Assembly (NCBI RefSeq): GCF_025231485.1
Contig: NZ_CP104003.1
Coordinates: forward strand, 3,641,960 to 3,673,959
Source: Salinirubellus salinus
Lineage (GTDB): Archaea > Halobacteriota > Halobacteria > Halobacteriales > Haloarculaceae
Length of the DNA stretch: 32,000 nt
Reading direction: 5' to 3'
The notes below the pieces were generated by a model that worked only from the letters and a program-made list of their open reading frames with translations, was not told where the DNA came from and did no database searches. A program made the position numbers and the translations under genes. Below are positions 1 through 7,108 of this stretch, in pieces; the first letter of the stretch is position 1; each line of letters begins with the position of its first letter.

Positions 1-178
1 CGACGACGTTCCCACTCGCGTCGACGAGCATCTTGTCCATCCCCTTCGGCCCGAGGGTGGTGCGGACGGCGCTGGATACGGCGCGACCGGCGAGGATGTT
101 CCACCGCTGGGCGTCCCGCCCGGAGGTCCGGCGGGTGTTCTCGCTCAGGATGTAGATGGGCTGGTCGTACAGGTACAT
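1..178 (-). CDS. Thermosome (group II chaperonin) subunit, N-terminal 59 codons only; the gene runs off the left edge
   Basis: My own minus-strand translation from the ATG at 178 gives [59 protein letters not shown]. The [15 protein letters not shown] block is the conserved N-terminal signature of thermosome/CCT subunits. It is missing from the ORF track because fewer than 60 aa lie in the window. On the coding (minus) strand, AT-rich CTATAGTTAT (208-217) lies about 30-39 nt upstream of the ATG. Confidence 0.85.
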   Translation of the reverse strand, partial: MYLYDQPIYILSENTRRTSGRDAQRWNILAGRAVSSAVRTTLGPKGMDKMLVDASGNVV

Positions 179-251
179 AATCGGAGCTAGGAACGGTCGG
201 AACGGAGATAACTATAGCGTGAGTCGGCGTGTCAGTGGCTTTACGTACGGT

Positions 252-539
252 TCAGGCGGGTCGGGCCGTGCCGGGGTCGGACTCGACCTCGGCCTCGTCG
301 GTCGGCGCCGACTCGACGTCGTCCGCCTCGTCCTCGCCATCGAGTGTCTCCGCCCGCGCGGCCCGGATCTCCGCCTCCACGGCCTCGCGGCCCTTCTCGA
401 ACTCACCCATCGCCTGCCCGGACGAGCGGGCGAGTTTCGGGAGGCGGTCGGCGCCGAACAGGAGCACCACCAGCAGGAGGATGACCAGCAGTTCCGGCCC
501 ACCGGGGATACCGACGAACGTGTAGACGTGTGGGTGCAT
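252..539 (-). CDS. tatA: Sec-independent (twin-arginine) translocase subunit TatA/E
   Basis: 95-aa ORF. It has one N-terminal TM helix followed by an amphipathic helix (GIPGGPELLVILLLVVLLFGADRLPKLARSSGQAMGEFEKG) and a long acidic tail. This is the typical TatA architecture and FG..(K/R)LP motif. Confidence 0.9.
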   Translation of the reverse strand: MHPHVYTFVGIPGGPELLVILLLVVLLFGADRLPKLARSSGQAMGEFEKGREAVEAEIRAARAETLDGEDEADDVESAPTDEAEVESDPGTARPA

Positions 540-658
540 ACCGACGGAAGCGGAGGCGACGAGCGGATATCAACGTATCACTGGCGGACGACAGAACACG
601 GCGAGGGGGGCGCCGCTCGGGAACAACGCCTATTAGACACGACGACGACCCCCGAACC

Positions 659-1234
659 GTGACGGTCCTCATCGTTGGCGCAGCCGTAGAAGGGGGTCCC
701 CTCGACACCGTGGTCGCCACCGTGGGGGCCGACCGCGAGGTCCGCCGGGCCACGTCGCTCGCGGCGGTCCGGGAGGCTCTCCCGGACTGTTCGGCCGTCG
801 TGGTCGGGGCCTCGGCCTCGGCGTCGGCGGTCCGCGAGACGGTCCGGAGCGGCGTCTACTGCGACCCGACCACACCCGTCGTCCGACTGGTGAGCGACCC
901 GGACGAGTCGGCGGAGGCCGACGACTACGACGGTACCGTCCCGGCGGACTCGCCCGAGGCGGTGCTCGAGGTGCTCCGTGCCATCGAGCGGACCGACGAC
1001 TACCGCGACGCCGTCGAGGACCTCTACGAGGCGTGCCGCGCGAACGCTCGGGGGGAGGACGTCGACGGGGCGGACCTGGCGGCCGCGTTCGAACGCGCCG
1101 ACCGGGCGTTCGAGTCGCTACCCGAGGTGGCCGGGTGGACGCCCTACGGGCGCGTCTTCGCCGACGCGGCGGCCGACCGACCGGCGGGTGACGACGAGGC
1201 AGCGGACGAGAGAGACGAGACAGAGGAGGACTAG
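659..1234 (+). CDS. HalX-domain protein with a degenerate (pseudo-)receiver domain
   Basis: Track ORF is 530..1234. I prefer the in-frame GTG at 659 (VTVLIVG...) because the upstream 43 codons are an Arg-rich run over the TatA promoter region. The N-terminal ~110 aa have a receiver-like beta/alpha pattern. The C-terminal DDYRDAVEDLYEACRANARGEDVDGADLAAAFERADRAFESL resembles the haloarchaeal HalX helical domain, followed by an acidic tail. The start codon is uncertain. Confidence 0.6.
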   Translation: MTVLIVGAAVEGGPLDTVVATVGADREVRRATSLAAVREALPDCSAVVVGASASASAVRETVRSGVYCDPTTPVVRLVSDPDESAEADDYDGTVPADSPEAVLEVLRAIERTDDYRDAVEDLYEACRANARGEDVDGADLAAAFERADRAFESLPEVAGWTPYGRVFADAAADRPAGDDEAADERDETEED

Positions 1235-1716
1235 AGCAGGCCGAACGGGTCGTAGAGGGTGAGCGCCACCCCCCCGTAGAAGGCGACGTTGAGGAGCAGC
1301 GCCAGGCCACCGATCTTGAACAGGAACGTCAGGTAGGTCTGGTGCCCGAGCCACTCGCCCAGACTCCGGGGGGAGGAGGCGGGTGAGACCACGCCGACGG
1401 CCCGCTCCGAGTCCATCGGCCCGACCGGCTCCTCGGTCCCGACCGGTCCGTCGGCGGCCACCGTCGCCTCGGGGGAAGGCGTGCGCTCGGGCGACTGGTC
1501 CCCCCGACGCGTGGCGCTCGTCGGGCCGGCCGTGGTCCGTGTCGACGACTCGGCCGGGCTCTCGTCTGCCGAGGGTTCGGGCGTGTGCCCCCCGCTCCGG
1601 AATTGCTCGCAGGTGTGGTGGGGGAGTTCGTGGCGCTGGCAGAACCGCCGCTCGCAGTGCCGACAGGTGAACAGGAGTTCGTCGTCGGCGCCACAGGCGG
1701 CGCACGCCCCGGTCAT
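1231..1716 (-). CDS. AN1-type zinc-finger protein with a C-terminal membrane anchor
   Basis: Track ORF is 1231..1935. The realistic start is the ATG at 1716 (MTGACAACGADDELLFTCRHCERRFCQRHELPHHTCEQF). The spacing C-X2-C-X9-C-X2-C-X4-C-X2-H-X5-H-X-C exactly matches the AN1 pattern. A Pro/Ser/Thr/Glu-rich linker follows, then hydrophobic YLTFLFKIGGLALLLNVAFYGGVALTLY. On the minus strand, ATAGTTTC lies about 32 nt upstream of the ATG. Confidence 0.8.
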   Translation of the reverse strand: MTGACAACGADDELLFTCRHCERRFCQRHELPHHTCEQFRSGGHTPEPSADESPAESSTRTTAGPTSATRRGDQSPERTPSPEATVAADGPVGTEEPVGPMDSERAVGVVSPASSPRSLGEWLGHQTYLTFLFKIGGLALLLNVAFYGGVALTLYDPFGLL

Positions 1717-1876
1717 ACGTCCGTGGGTTCGGGTGGAGACACAAGAAACTATCTCGAGAAACGGAGCGTTAGTCGCCGACTTCCGGAGTCCGAGGACGCC
1801 CCGAGCCCCTCGTAGACGAGCCGAGGCGGGCCGCTCGGTCCCGAAGCGGGCACGGCCCTCCGGTACGGCCAGACCT

Positions 1877-3103
1877 ATGAACACCCCACGCACAGGCCGG
1901 GACATGAGTGACCCGGAGACGGTCCACGAGAACATCGGGAACCGGAAACTGAAGGAGATCTACCGGAAGGGGATGCTGGAGGGCGAGGCGCCGGACCTGC
2001 CGGTTTCGTTCGAGGACATCCGCGAGGCGGCGTGGGAGAACATGAGCGAGGAGGGCCGCGCGTACGTCCACGGGGGGTCCGGGGGCGAGGAGACGTTCGA
2101 GCGGAACAAGGACTTCTCGAAGTGGCGCATCGTCCCGCGGATGCTGCGTGGGGTGGCCGAGCGCGACCTCTCGGTCGAGTTCCTCGGCGAGGAGTACGAC
2201 TGGCCGCTGCTGGTGACCCCGCTGGGGGTGCAGACGCTGCTCCACGACGACGCCGAACACGCCACCGCGCGGGCGGCGTCGGACCTGAACGTCCCGTTCA
2301 TCCTCTCGTCGCTCTCCTCGACGCCGATGGAGGAGGTGGCCGAGGAGCTGGGTGACACGCCGAAGTGGTTCCAGTTCTACTGGTCCTCGAACCACGACAT
2401 AGCGAAGTCGTTCCTCGACCGCGCTGAGGCGGCGGGCTACGACGCCATCGTCCTCACCGTCGACGCGCCGACGCTCGGGTGGCGCGAGCGACTGGTCGCG
2501 CGCGGGTACTACCCGTTCATGGCGGGTGAGGGCGTCGCGAACTACTTCTCGGACCCCGAGTTCCGCGCGGCGCTCGACGAGACGCCCGAGGAGGACCCCT
2601 CGGCGGCCGTCGACTACTTCCTCGACATCTTCGGTGACTCGTCGCTCCAGTGGGACGACCTGGAGTTCGTCTTCGAGAACACCGACCTGCCCGTGATAAT
2701 CAAGGGCGTCCTACACCCCGAGGACGCGCGCCTCGCCATCGAACACGGGGCGGCCGCGGTGGACGTCTCCACACACGGCGGCCGACAGGTCGACGGCTCC
2801 ATCTCGGCCATCGAGGCGCTCCCGGCCATCGTGGAGGAGGTGGACGGCGAGGTGCCCGTCTTCTTCGACTCGGGCGTGCGGCGCGCGAAGGACGCGTTCA
2901 AGGCGCTCGCGCTCGGTGCGGACAGCGTCTTCCTCGGCCGGCCGTGGGCCTACGGGCTGGCGATGGCCGGCGAACGCGGGGTCCGGCACGTGCTGGAGAA
3001 CTTCCTCGCGGAGCTGGACCTCACGATGGGGCTGGCCGGCTGTGCGAGCGTCGACGAGGTGGACCGCTCCACCCTCAAGCACGAGACGGAACTGGAGCCG
3101 TAG
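1877..3103 (+). CDS. FMN-dependent alpha-hydroxy-acid oxidising enzyme (lactate 2-monooxygenase / L-lactate oxidase-dehydrogenase family)
   Basis: This is the C-terminal 408 aa of track ORF 1481..3103. It shows TIM-barrel FMN-enzyme signatures: FQFYW, IVLTVDAPTLGWRER, VIIKGV, VSTHGGRQVDG, FFDSGVRR, and ALALGADSVFLGRPW. Start is the ATG at 1877, with an alternative at 1904. The upstream extension is Arg/Pro-rich and overlaps the AN1 gene. Confidence 0.88.
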   Translation: MNTPRTGRDMSDPETVHENIGNRKLKEIYRKGMLEGEAPDLPVSFEDIREAAWENMSEEGRAYVHGGSGGEETFERNKDFSKWRIVPRMLRGVAERDLSVEFLGEEYDWPLLVTPLGVQTLLHDDAEHATARAASDLNVPFILSSLSSTPMEEVAEELGDTPKWFQFYWSSNHDIAKSFLDRAEAAGYDAIVLTVDAPTLGWRERLVARGYYPFMAGEGVANYFSDPEFRAALDETPEEDPSAAVDYFLDIFGDSSLQWDDLEFVFENTDLPVIIKGVLHPEDARLAIEHGAAAVDVSTHGGRQVDGSISAIEALPAIVEEVDGEVPVFFDSGVRRAKDAFKALALGADSVFLGRPWAYGLAMAGERGVRHVLENFLAELDLTMGLAGCASVDEVDRSTLKHETELEP

Positions 3104-3203
3104 GCGCCACCCACCACCGTTTCGCGTCGAACCGACACCGTCCACCCGGAGCGGCCGCGCGACGCGTCGCTCGGGAGCTGGTGAACACGAGAAGGCGCTG
3201 GCG

Positions 3204-3356
3204 TTATCGGAGGTCGGGGACCATCGGCGCGTCGAACTCCGGGTCGTCGAACGTCTTGCGGCCACGAGCGCGCCGCACGGCCACGGCGTCGCCCCCGTCG
3301 GTTCGGAGTTCGCGCGGCATCATCGGGACCATGGGTTCGATCTCATCCATCATCAT
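3204..3356 (-). CDS. Small hypothetical protein (50 aa)
   Basis: Absent from the track (<60 aa). My translation is MMMDEIEPMVPMMPRELRTDGGDAVAVRRARGRKTFDDPEFDAPMVPDLR*. Third codon positions are GC-rich as in neighbouring genes. A TATA-like GTTTATGT (3385-3392, minus strand) is centred about 32 nt upstream, the same geometry as the divergent MinD promoter. No recognisable family. Confidence 0.35.
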   Translation of the reverse strand: MMMDEIEPMVPMMPRELRTDGGDAVAVRRARGRKTFDDPEFDAPMVPDLR

Positions 3357-3384
3357 TGTTCATCGGGTTCCACAGCGCGCCACT

Positions 3385-3392
3385 ACATAAAC
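3385..3392 (-). promoter_or_regulatory. TATA-like box for the 50-aa small ORF
   Basis: The minus strand reads GTTTATGT, 29-36 nt upstream of the ATG at 3356, inside the only AT-rich patch of this intergenic region. Confidence 0.35.
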
Positions 3393-3448
3393 CTACACGA
3401 TTGTTCCTGAGAGTTCCGGCAAGGGTTGCCAGCGTTAGGCGCCCAAGG

Positions 3449-3456
3449 TTTAAATT
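3449..3456 (+). promoter_or_regulatory. TATA box of the MinD-like operon (leaderless or near-leaderless transcript)
   Basis: TTTAAATT is centred about 32 nt upstream of the ATG at 3484. No Shine-Dalgarno-like sequence lies in between. Confidence 0.5.
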
Positions 3457-3483
3457 CGGGTGGGCGGCACGACGAATTAAGAG

Positions 3484-4254
3484 ATGGTTGAGGCGCTCGC
3501 CGTCGCCAGCGGCAAGGGCGGCACCGGGAAGACGACGAGTACGCTCGCGCTCGGGATGGCGTTAGCGACGGACTACGACGTGACGGTCATCGACGCGGAC
3601 ACGGGGATGGCGAACCTGCTGTTCCACGCGGGACTGGACGACGTGGAGACGACACTCCACGACGTGCTCATCGAGGGCGGGGCCGCGGTCCGCGAGGCGA
3701 CCTACGACCGGTTCGGGATGCGGGTCGTCCCCTGCGGGACCAGCCTCGCGGCGTTCGAGGCGGCCGACCCCGAGCGCCTGCGCGCCGCGGTGGCGGACCT
3801 CGCGAGCGACACCGACGTACTCCTGCTCGACTCCCCGGCCGCCCTCGGGTCGAAGTCCGCGGTGCTGCCGGTCGTCCTCGCCGACCGCGTGGTGGTCGTC
3901 CTCCAGCCCACGATCCCGGCGCTCTCGGACGGCCTGAAGGTCCAGGAGTACGCCACCTCCTACGGGACGGGGACGGCGGGTGTCGTCTTCAACCGCGTGC
4001 GCGAGGACGAACCCATCGAGCGTATCGCCGACCGCGCGGGCGAGTACTTCGAGGGACCGACGCTCGCCGCCGTCCCCGAGAGCGACGCCGCCCGTGGCGC
4101 TCGCCGGGCCGGCCTCCCCCTGCTCGAACACGCCCCCGAGAGCGACGCCGCCCGCGCGTTCCGGGACGCCGCGCGAGCCCTCGACGTCCGAGCGGGCGAC
4201 TCCGACGCGGTGGCCGACCGGTTCCGCCACGCCGTCATCCCCCAGCCGCCGTGA
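3484..4254 (+). CDS. minD: MinD/ParA-family P-loop ATPase (archaeal MinD-like)
   Basis: 256 aa. It has the deviant Walker A ASGKGGTGKTTST, the VIDADTGMANL switch region, the Walker B-like VLLLDSPA, and typical MinD/ParA length. Confidence 0.9.
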   Translation: MVEALAVASGKGGTGKTTSTLALGMALATDYDVTVIDADTGMANLLFHAGLDDVETTLHDVLIEGGAAVREATYDRFGMRVVPCGTSLAAFEAADPERLRAAVADLASDTDVLLLDSPAALGSKSAVLPVVLADRVVVVLQPTIPALSDGLKVQEYATSYGTGTAGVVFNRVREDEPIERIADRAGEYFEGPTLAAVPESDAARGARRAGLPLLEHAPESDAARAFRDAARALDVRAGDSDAVADRFRHAVIPQPP

Positions 4255-4784
4255 CGATGGACGTCCCGCCGGGGCGACTGGTCCGCTCGCGCGTGCAGTG
4301 CGACGCCAGCGCGGTGCTCCGCGAGGCGCTGGACACGAGCCTGACGGGGTACGCCGCGCTCGAACCGCGCGACGCGCTGCTCGGCGGTGGCGGCCGCGGC
4401 CTGCTGGTCTTCCGCGACGGCGTCCCGACGATGGCGTACCACCCCGACTCCGGGGCGGGCGGGGCGGCGGCGCTGGCGAAACTCGCGGGGCCGGGGCCCT
4501 GTCGCGCGGAACTCCACGCCGTCGACGCGGCGGCGCTCCCCGACGCCGACGGTGCGGCCGAGTTCCGCGTGCCGCCGGGGATGCCGGCCGAGCGACTCGC
4601 CGGTGCGCCCGAACTGGCCGCCCGCGCCCGGCGGCTGGCGACCGAGGAGGCACCCGAGACGGACTCGGCCGTCCTGGCGTTCCTCGAGGACGAACGGAAG
4701 GTCGAGGCGATACGCGAGAACGCGCGAGAAGAGGCCGAACGGCGCGCCGAGGAGTGGGGCTTCGACGACGCGCTAGCCGAGTAG
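4251..4784 (+). CDS. Hypothetical acidic protein translationally coupled to the MinD-like ATPase
   Basis: The GTG at 4251 overlaps the MinD stop (GTGA, 4251-4254); an alternative ATG is at 4257. 177 aa with haloarchaeal codon bias. An N-terminal ~90-aa globular part (LTGYAALEPRDALLGGGGRGLLVFRDGVPTMAYH) is followed by a charged C-terminal helix (EDERKVEAIRENAREEAERRAEEWGF). I cannot name a family. Confidence 0.7.
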   Translation: MTMDVPPGRLVRSRVQCDASAVLREALDTSLTGYAALEPRDALLGGGGRGLLVFRDGVPTMAYHPDSGAGGAAALAKLAGPGPCRAELHAVDAAALPDADGAAEFRVPPGMPAERLAGAPELAARARRLATEEAPETDSAVLAFLEDERKVEAIRENAREEAERRAEEWGFDDALAE

Positions 4785-6536
4785 CCCGGCGAGCCACGCC
4801 GGGACGGGCGCGCTACCGGGGTCGAACAGGCCGTCGCCGACGAGACTCGCCAGCGGCAGGCCGTACGCGAGGACGACCAGCAGCACCGCGATGCCGGCCC
4901 AGAGCCAGAGGTTGTCGAGCACCTTCGGGCTCGCTTCGGGCCCCGAGAGCGCCGCGGGCAGTTCGCTGTTGACCGTCAGCCGCCCGCCCTTCGGGTTCAT
5001 GTAGGTGTCCCACATCACCGCGAGGAACATCAGCAGCGAGACGAACAGCAGGACGCCTCCCAGTGCGATCTGGATGCGCATCTCGGCGTAGCTCCCGTAG
5101 GCCGAGACGTACTCGAACCCCTCGTACTGCGGGACGGCGGTCCGGCGCGGGACGCCCGCGAGGCCGGCGCGGTGCATCGCGTTCGACATCAGCACCATCC
5201 CGATGAACCAGACGAACGGCTGGGCCGAGGCCCACGAGCGCAGGCCGAGCGGCCGGCCGGTCACCTGCGGCACCAGCCAGTAGGAGATGCCCATGAACGT
5301 CAGGGCCGCCGCGGTCCCCACGGTGAGGTGGAAGTGGCCGGGCACCCAGAGCGTGTTGTGGACGAGGTAGTTGATGTTCATGCCGGCGTTGATCATGCCG
5401 GAGAAGCCGCCGGCGGCGAACATCAGGCCGGCGAGCGCACTCGCCGAGAACGCCGGGTTGTCCCACGGCAGCGCCTTCAGCCAGCCGAGCAGGCCGGTCC
5501 CGCCGCGCTGGCGCGCGCCGTGCTCGATGCTGGCGACGACGGTGAACGCCGTCAGCAGCGACGGCAGCAGGAGGAACATCGTGTTCGTCATCGCGACGAA
5601 CTTGAAGCCCTCCGGGATGCCGGGGTCGACGTACTGGTGGTGGAAGCCGACCGGGGTCGACAGCAACAGGAACAGCACGAACACGATGCGTGCCAGTCCG
5701 TCGCTGAACAGCCGCCCGCCGGCCAGTTTCGGCAGGATGGTGTACCAGACGAGGTACGCCGGCATCAGCCAGAAGTAGACGACCGGGTGGCCGAAGAACC
5801 AGAACAGCGTCCGGGTCAGCAGCGGGTCGACCTGCGAGATGAGCCCCAGCGACCACGGGATGAGGAAGAACACCACCTCGACGGCGACACCCATCGTGGC
5901 GATGAACCACATCAGCATCGTCACCAGCACCATGAACGTCCGGAGCGGGATGCGCGCGTCGGCGTTGTCCTGCCGCCACGAGAAGAACGTCCGGAAGTAG
6001 TTGATGCCGGCGACCCACGAGCCGACGATGATGAGCGCCGCCCCGATGTAGAAGATGGGGTGGGCCGCCAGTGGTGCGTAGAACGTGAACAGCACGTCCG
6101 CACTCACCGGGACGAGGTCCGTCAGCCCGCCGAGGATGGCGGTACCCGCCAGGAGCGTCCCGAGCAGCATCAGGCGGAACCAGAGCTTCGTCGTCCACTC
6201 GCTGGCGACGGGCGTATCGAGGCTGTCGGTCACCGCCCAGAGGAACAACCCGGCGATGAAGAACGTCGTGAACACCAGCACCAGGAGCACGCCGTGGCCG
6301 GTGAGGATGGTGTAGTAGTCCTGGTTGGCGATGAAGCCGCGGTAGATGCCGGTCCGGTGGAGCGCCTGGATGACGCCGAACAGACCGCCCGCGCCGAGTG
6401 CGAGGAACGCCACCGCGAAGCAGTAGCGGACCATCCGCGACTCGAAGGGGTAGCGCTCGACGAACGCCAGTCGCCCCTCGGTGTCCGTGGCGGTCTCGGT
6501 CCCGGTTCGCGTCGGAGTCTCGTCGGCGTACGCCAT
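4773..6536 (-). CDS. cbaA: Haem-copper (ba3-type) cytochrome oxidase subunit I
   Basis: 587 aa and polytopic. It has the WFFGHPVVYFWLMPAY (CuB His/Tyr region), FHHQY, and WVPGHFHLTVG signatures of haem-copper oxidase subunit I, B/ba3-like. Its ATG overlaps the CbaB stop by 1 nt (TGATG at 6534-6538). Confidence 0.95.
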   Translation of the reverse strand: MAYADETPTRTGTETATDTEGRLAFVERYPFESRMVRYCFAVAFLALGAGGLFGVIQALHRTGIYRGFIANQDYYTILTGHGVLLVLVFTTFFIAGLFLWAVTDSLDTPVASEWTTKLWFRLMLLGTLLAGTAILGGLTDLVPVSADVLFTFYAPLAAHPIFYIGAALIIVGSWVAGINYFRTFFSWRQDNADARIPLRTFMVLVTMLMWFIATMGVAVEVVFFLIPWSLGLISQVDPLLTRTLFWFFGHPVVYFWLMPAYLVWYTILPKLAGGRLFSDGLARIVFVLFLLLSTPVGFHHQYVDPGIPEGFKFVAMTNTMFLLLPSLLTAFTVVASIEHGARQRGGTGLLGWLKALPWDNPAFSASALAGLMFAAGGFSGMINAGMNINYLVHNTLWVPGHFHLTVGTAAALTFMGISYWLVPQVTGRPLGLRSWASAQPFVWFIGMVLMSNAMHRAGLAGVPRRTAVPQYEGFEYVSAYGSYAEMRIQIALGGVLLFVSLLMFLAVMWDTYMNPKGGRLTVNSELPAALSGPEASPKVLDNLWLWAGIAVLLVVLAYGLPLASLVGDGLFDPGSAPVPAWLAGLLG

Positions 6537-7102
6537 CAGTTCTCACCCCCGTCGGCGTCGGCGTCCTCGTCGGTCAGGTCCGCGACGCCGCTATCGGTCC
6601 CCTCGATGGAGAACTCGGACTGGGGCACCACCTCGATGGTGCCGGCCATCTCGTGGTGGGCGGCCCCGCAGTACTCGTGACAGACCAGCCCGTAGGTCTG
6701 CGGGTCGTCGAACTCGACGGTGATCTTCGAGACCTGTCCGGGGATGGCCATCGTGTTCACGTTCGTCCCGGTGATGCTGAACCCGTGGATGACGTCGGCC
6801 GAGGCGACGTGGAACGTCACGGTGCTGTCGGCCGGGAGCGTGATGGGTTCGTTCGTCCCCGGTCGGAAGATGAACTGCTGGGCGACGACGTAGACGTCGT
6901 ACTCGTTCTCTCCGACCTGGCGGACGCCGGGGTCGGAGAACTGTTCGTGCTCGCCGAGCGCGCTCGAGTCGATGGTGCCGCCACTGTCGCTGATCATCGC
7001 CACACCGGGGCCGACGGCGCCGTAGGTGATGGTGGCGATGAGGCCGACGATGAGCAGCAGTGCGAAGCCGAGCCACGCTTTCTCGAATCTGTGTATCTCC
7101 AT
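6536..7102 (-). CDS. cbaB: Cytochrome oxidase subunit II (CuA subunit), ba3-type
   Basis: 188 aa with one N-terminal TM helix and a cupredoxin domain. The complete CuA ligand set is HGF...CHEYCGAAHHEM (H...C-X-E-X-C-X3-H-X2-M). It has an acidic tail. Confidence 0.95.
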   Translation of the reverse strand: MEIHRFEKAWLGFALLLIVGLIATITYGAVGPGVAMISDSGGTIDSSALGEHEQFSDPGVRQVGENEYDVYVVAQQFIFRPGTNEPITLPADSTVTFHVASADVIHGFSITGTNVNTMAIPGQVSKITVEFDDPQTYGLVCHEYCGAAHHEMAGTIEVVPQSEFSIEGTDSGVADLTDEDADADGGEN

Positions 7103-7108
7103 TGTATA

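Noticed and set aside
1481-1876. Upstream 132 codons of the FMN-oxidase ORF
   Set aside because: The stretch is Arg/Ser/Pro-rich, overlaps the AN1 gene on the other strand, and precedes the region where family similarity begins.
3325-3350. GGGTTCGATC, superficially like a tRNA T-arm/loop
   Set aside because: The flanks do not pair into a T-stem. No acceptor, D or anticodon arms can be drawn, and the sequence lies inside the 50-aa ORF.
4773-4784. 12-nt convergent 3' overlap between the MinD-partner gene and cbaA; also the CTAG-sharing stops at 1231-1234
   Set aside because: These are real but unremarkable. Short convergent overlaps are common in compact prokaryotic genomes, and no regulatory structure is evident.
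3562-4797. 411-aa minus-strand ORF antisense to the MinD-like gene and its partner
   Set aside because: It is extremely Arg/Pro/Gly/Ala-rich with no motifs. It lies fully opposite two well-supported genes. This is a classic shadow ORF of high-GC DNA.
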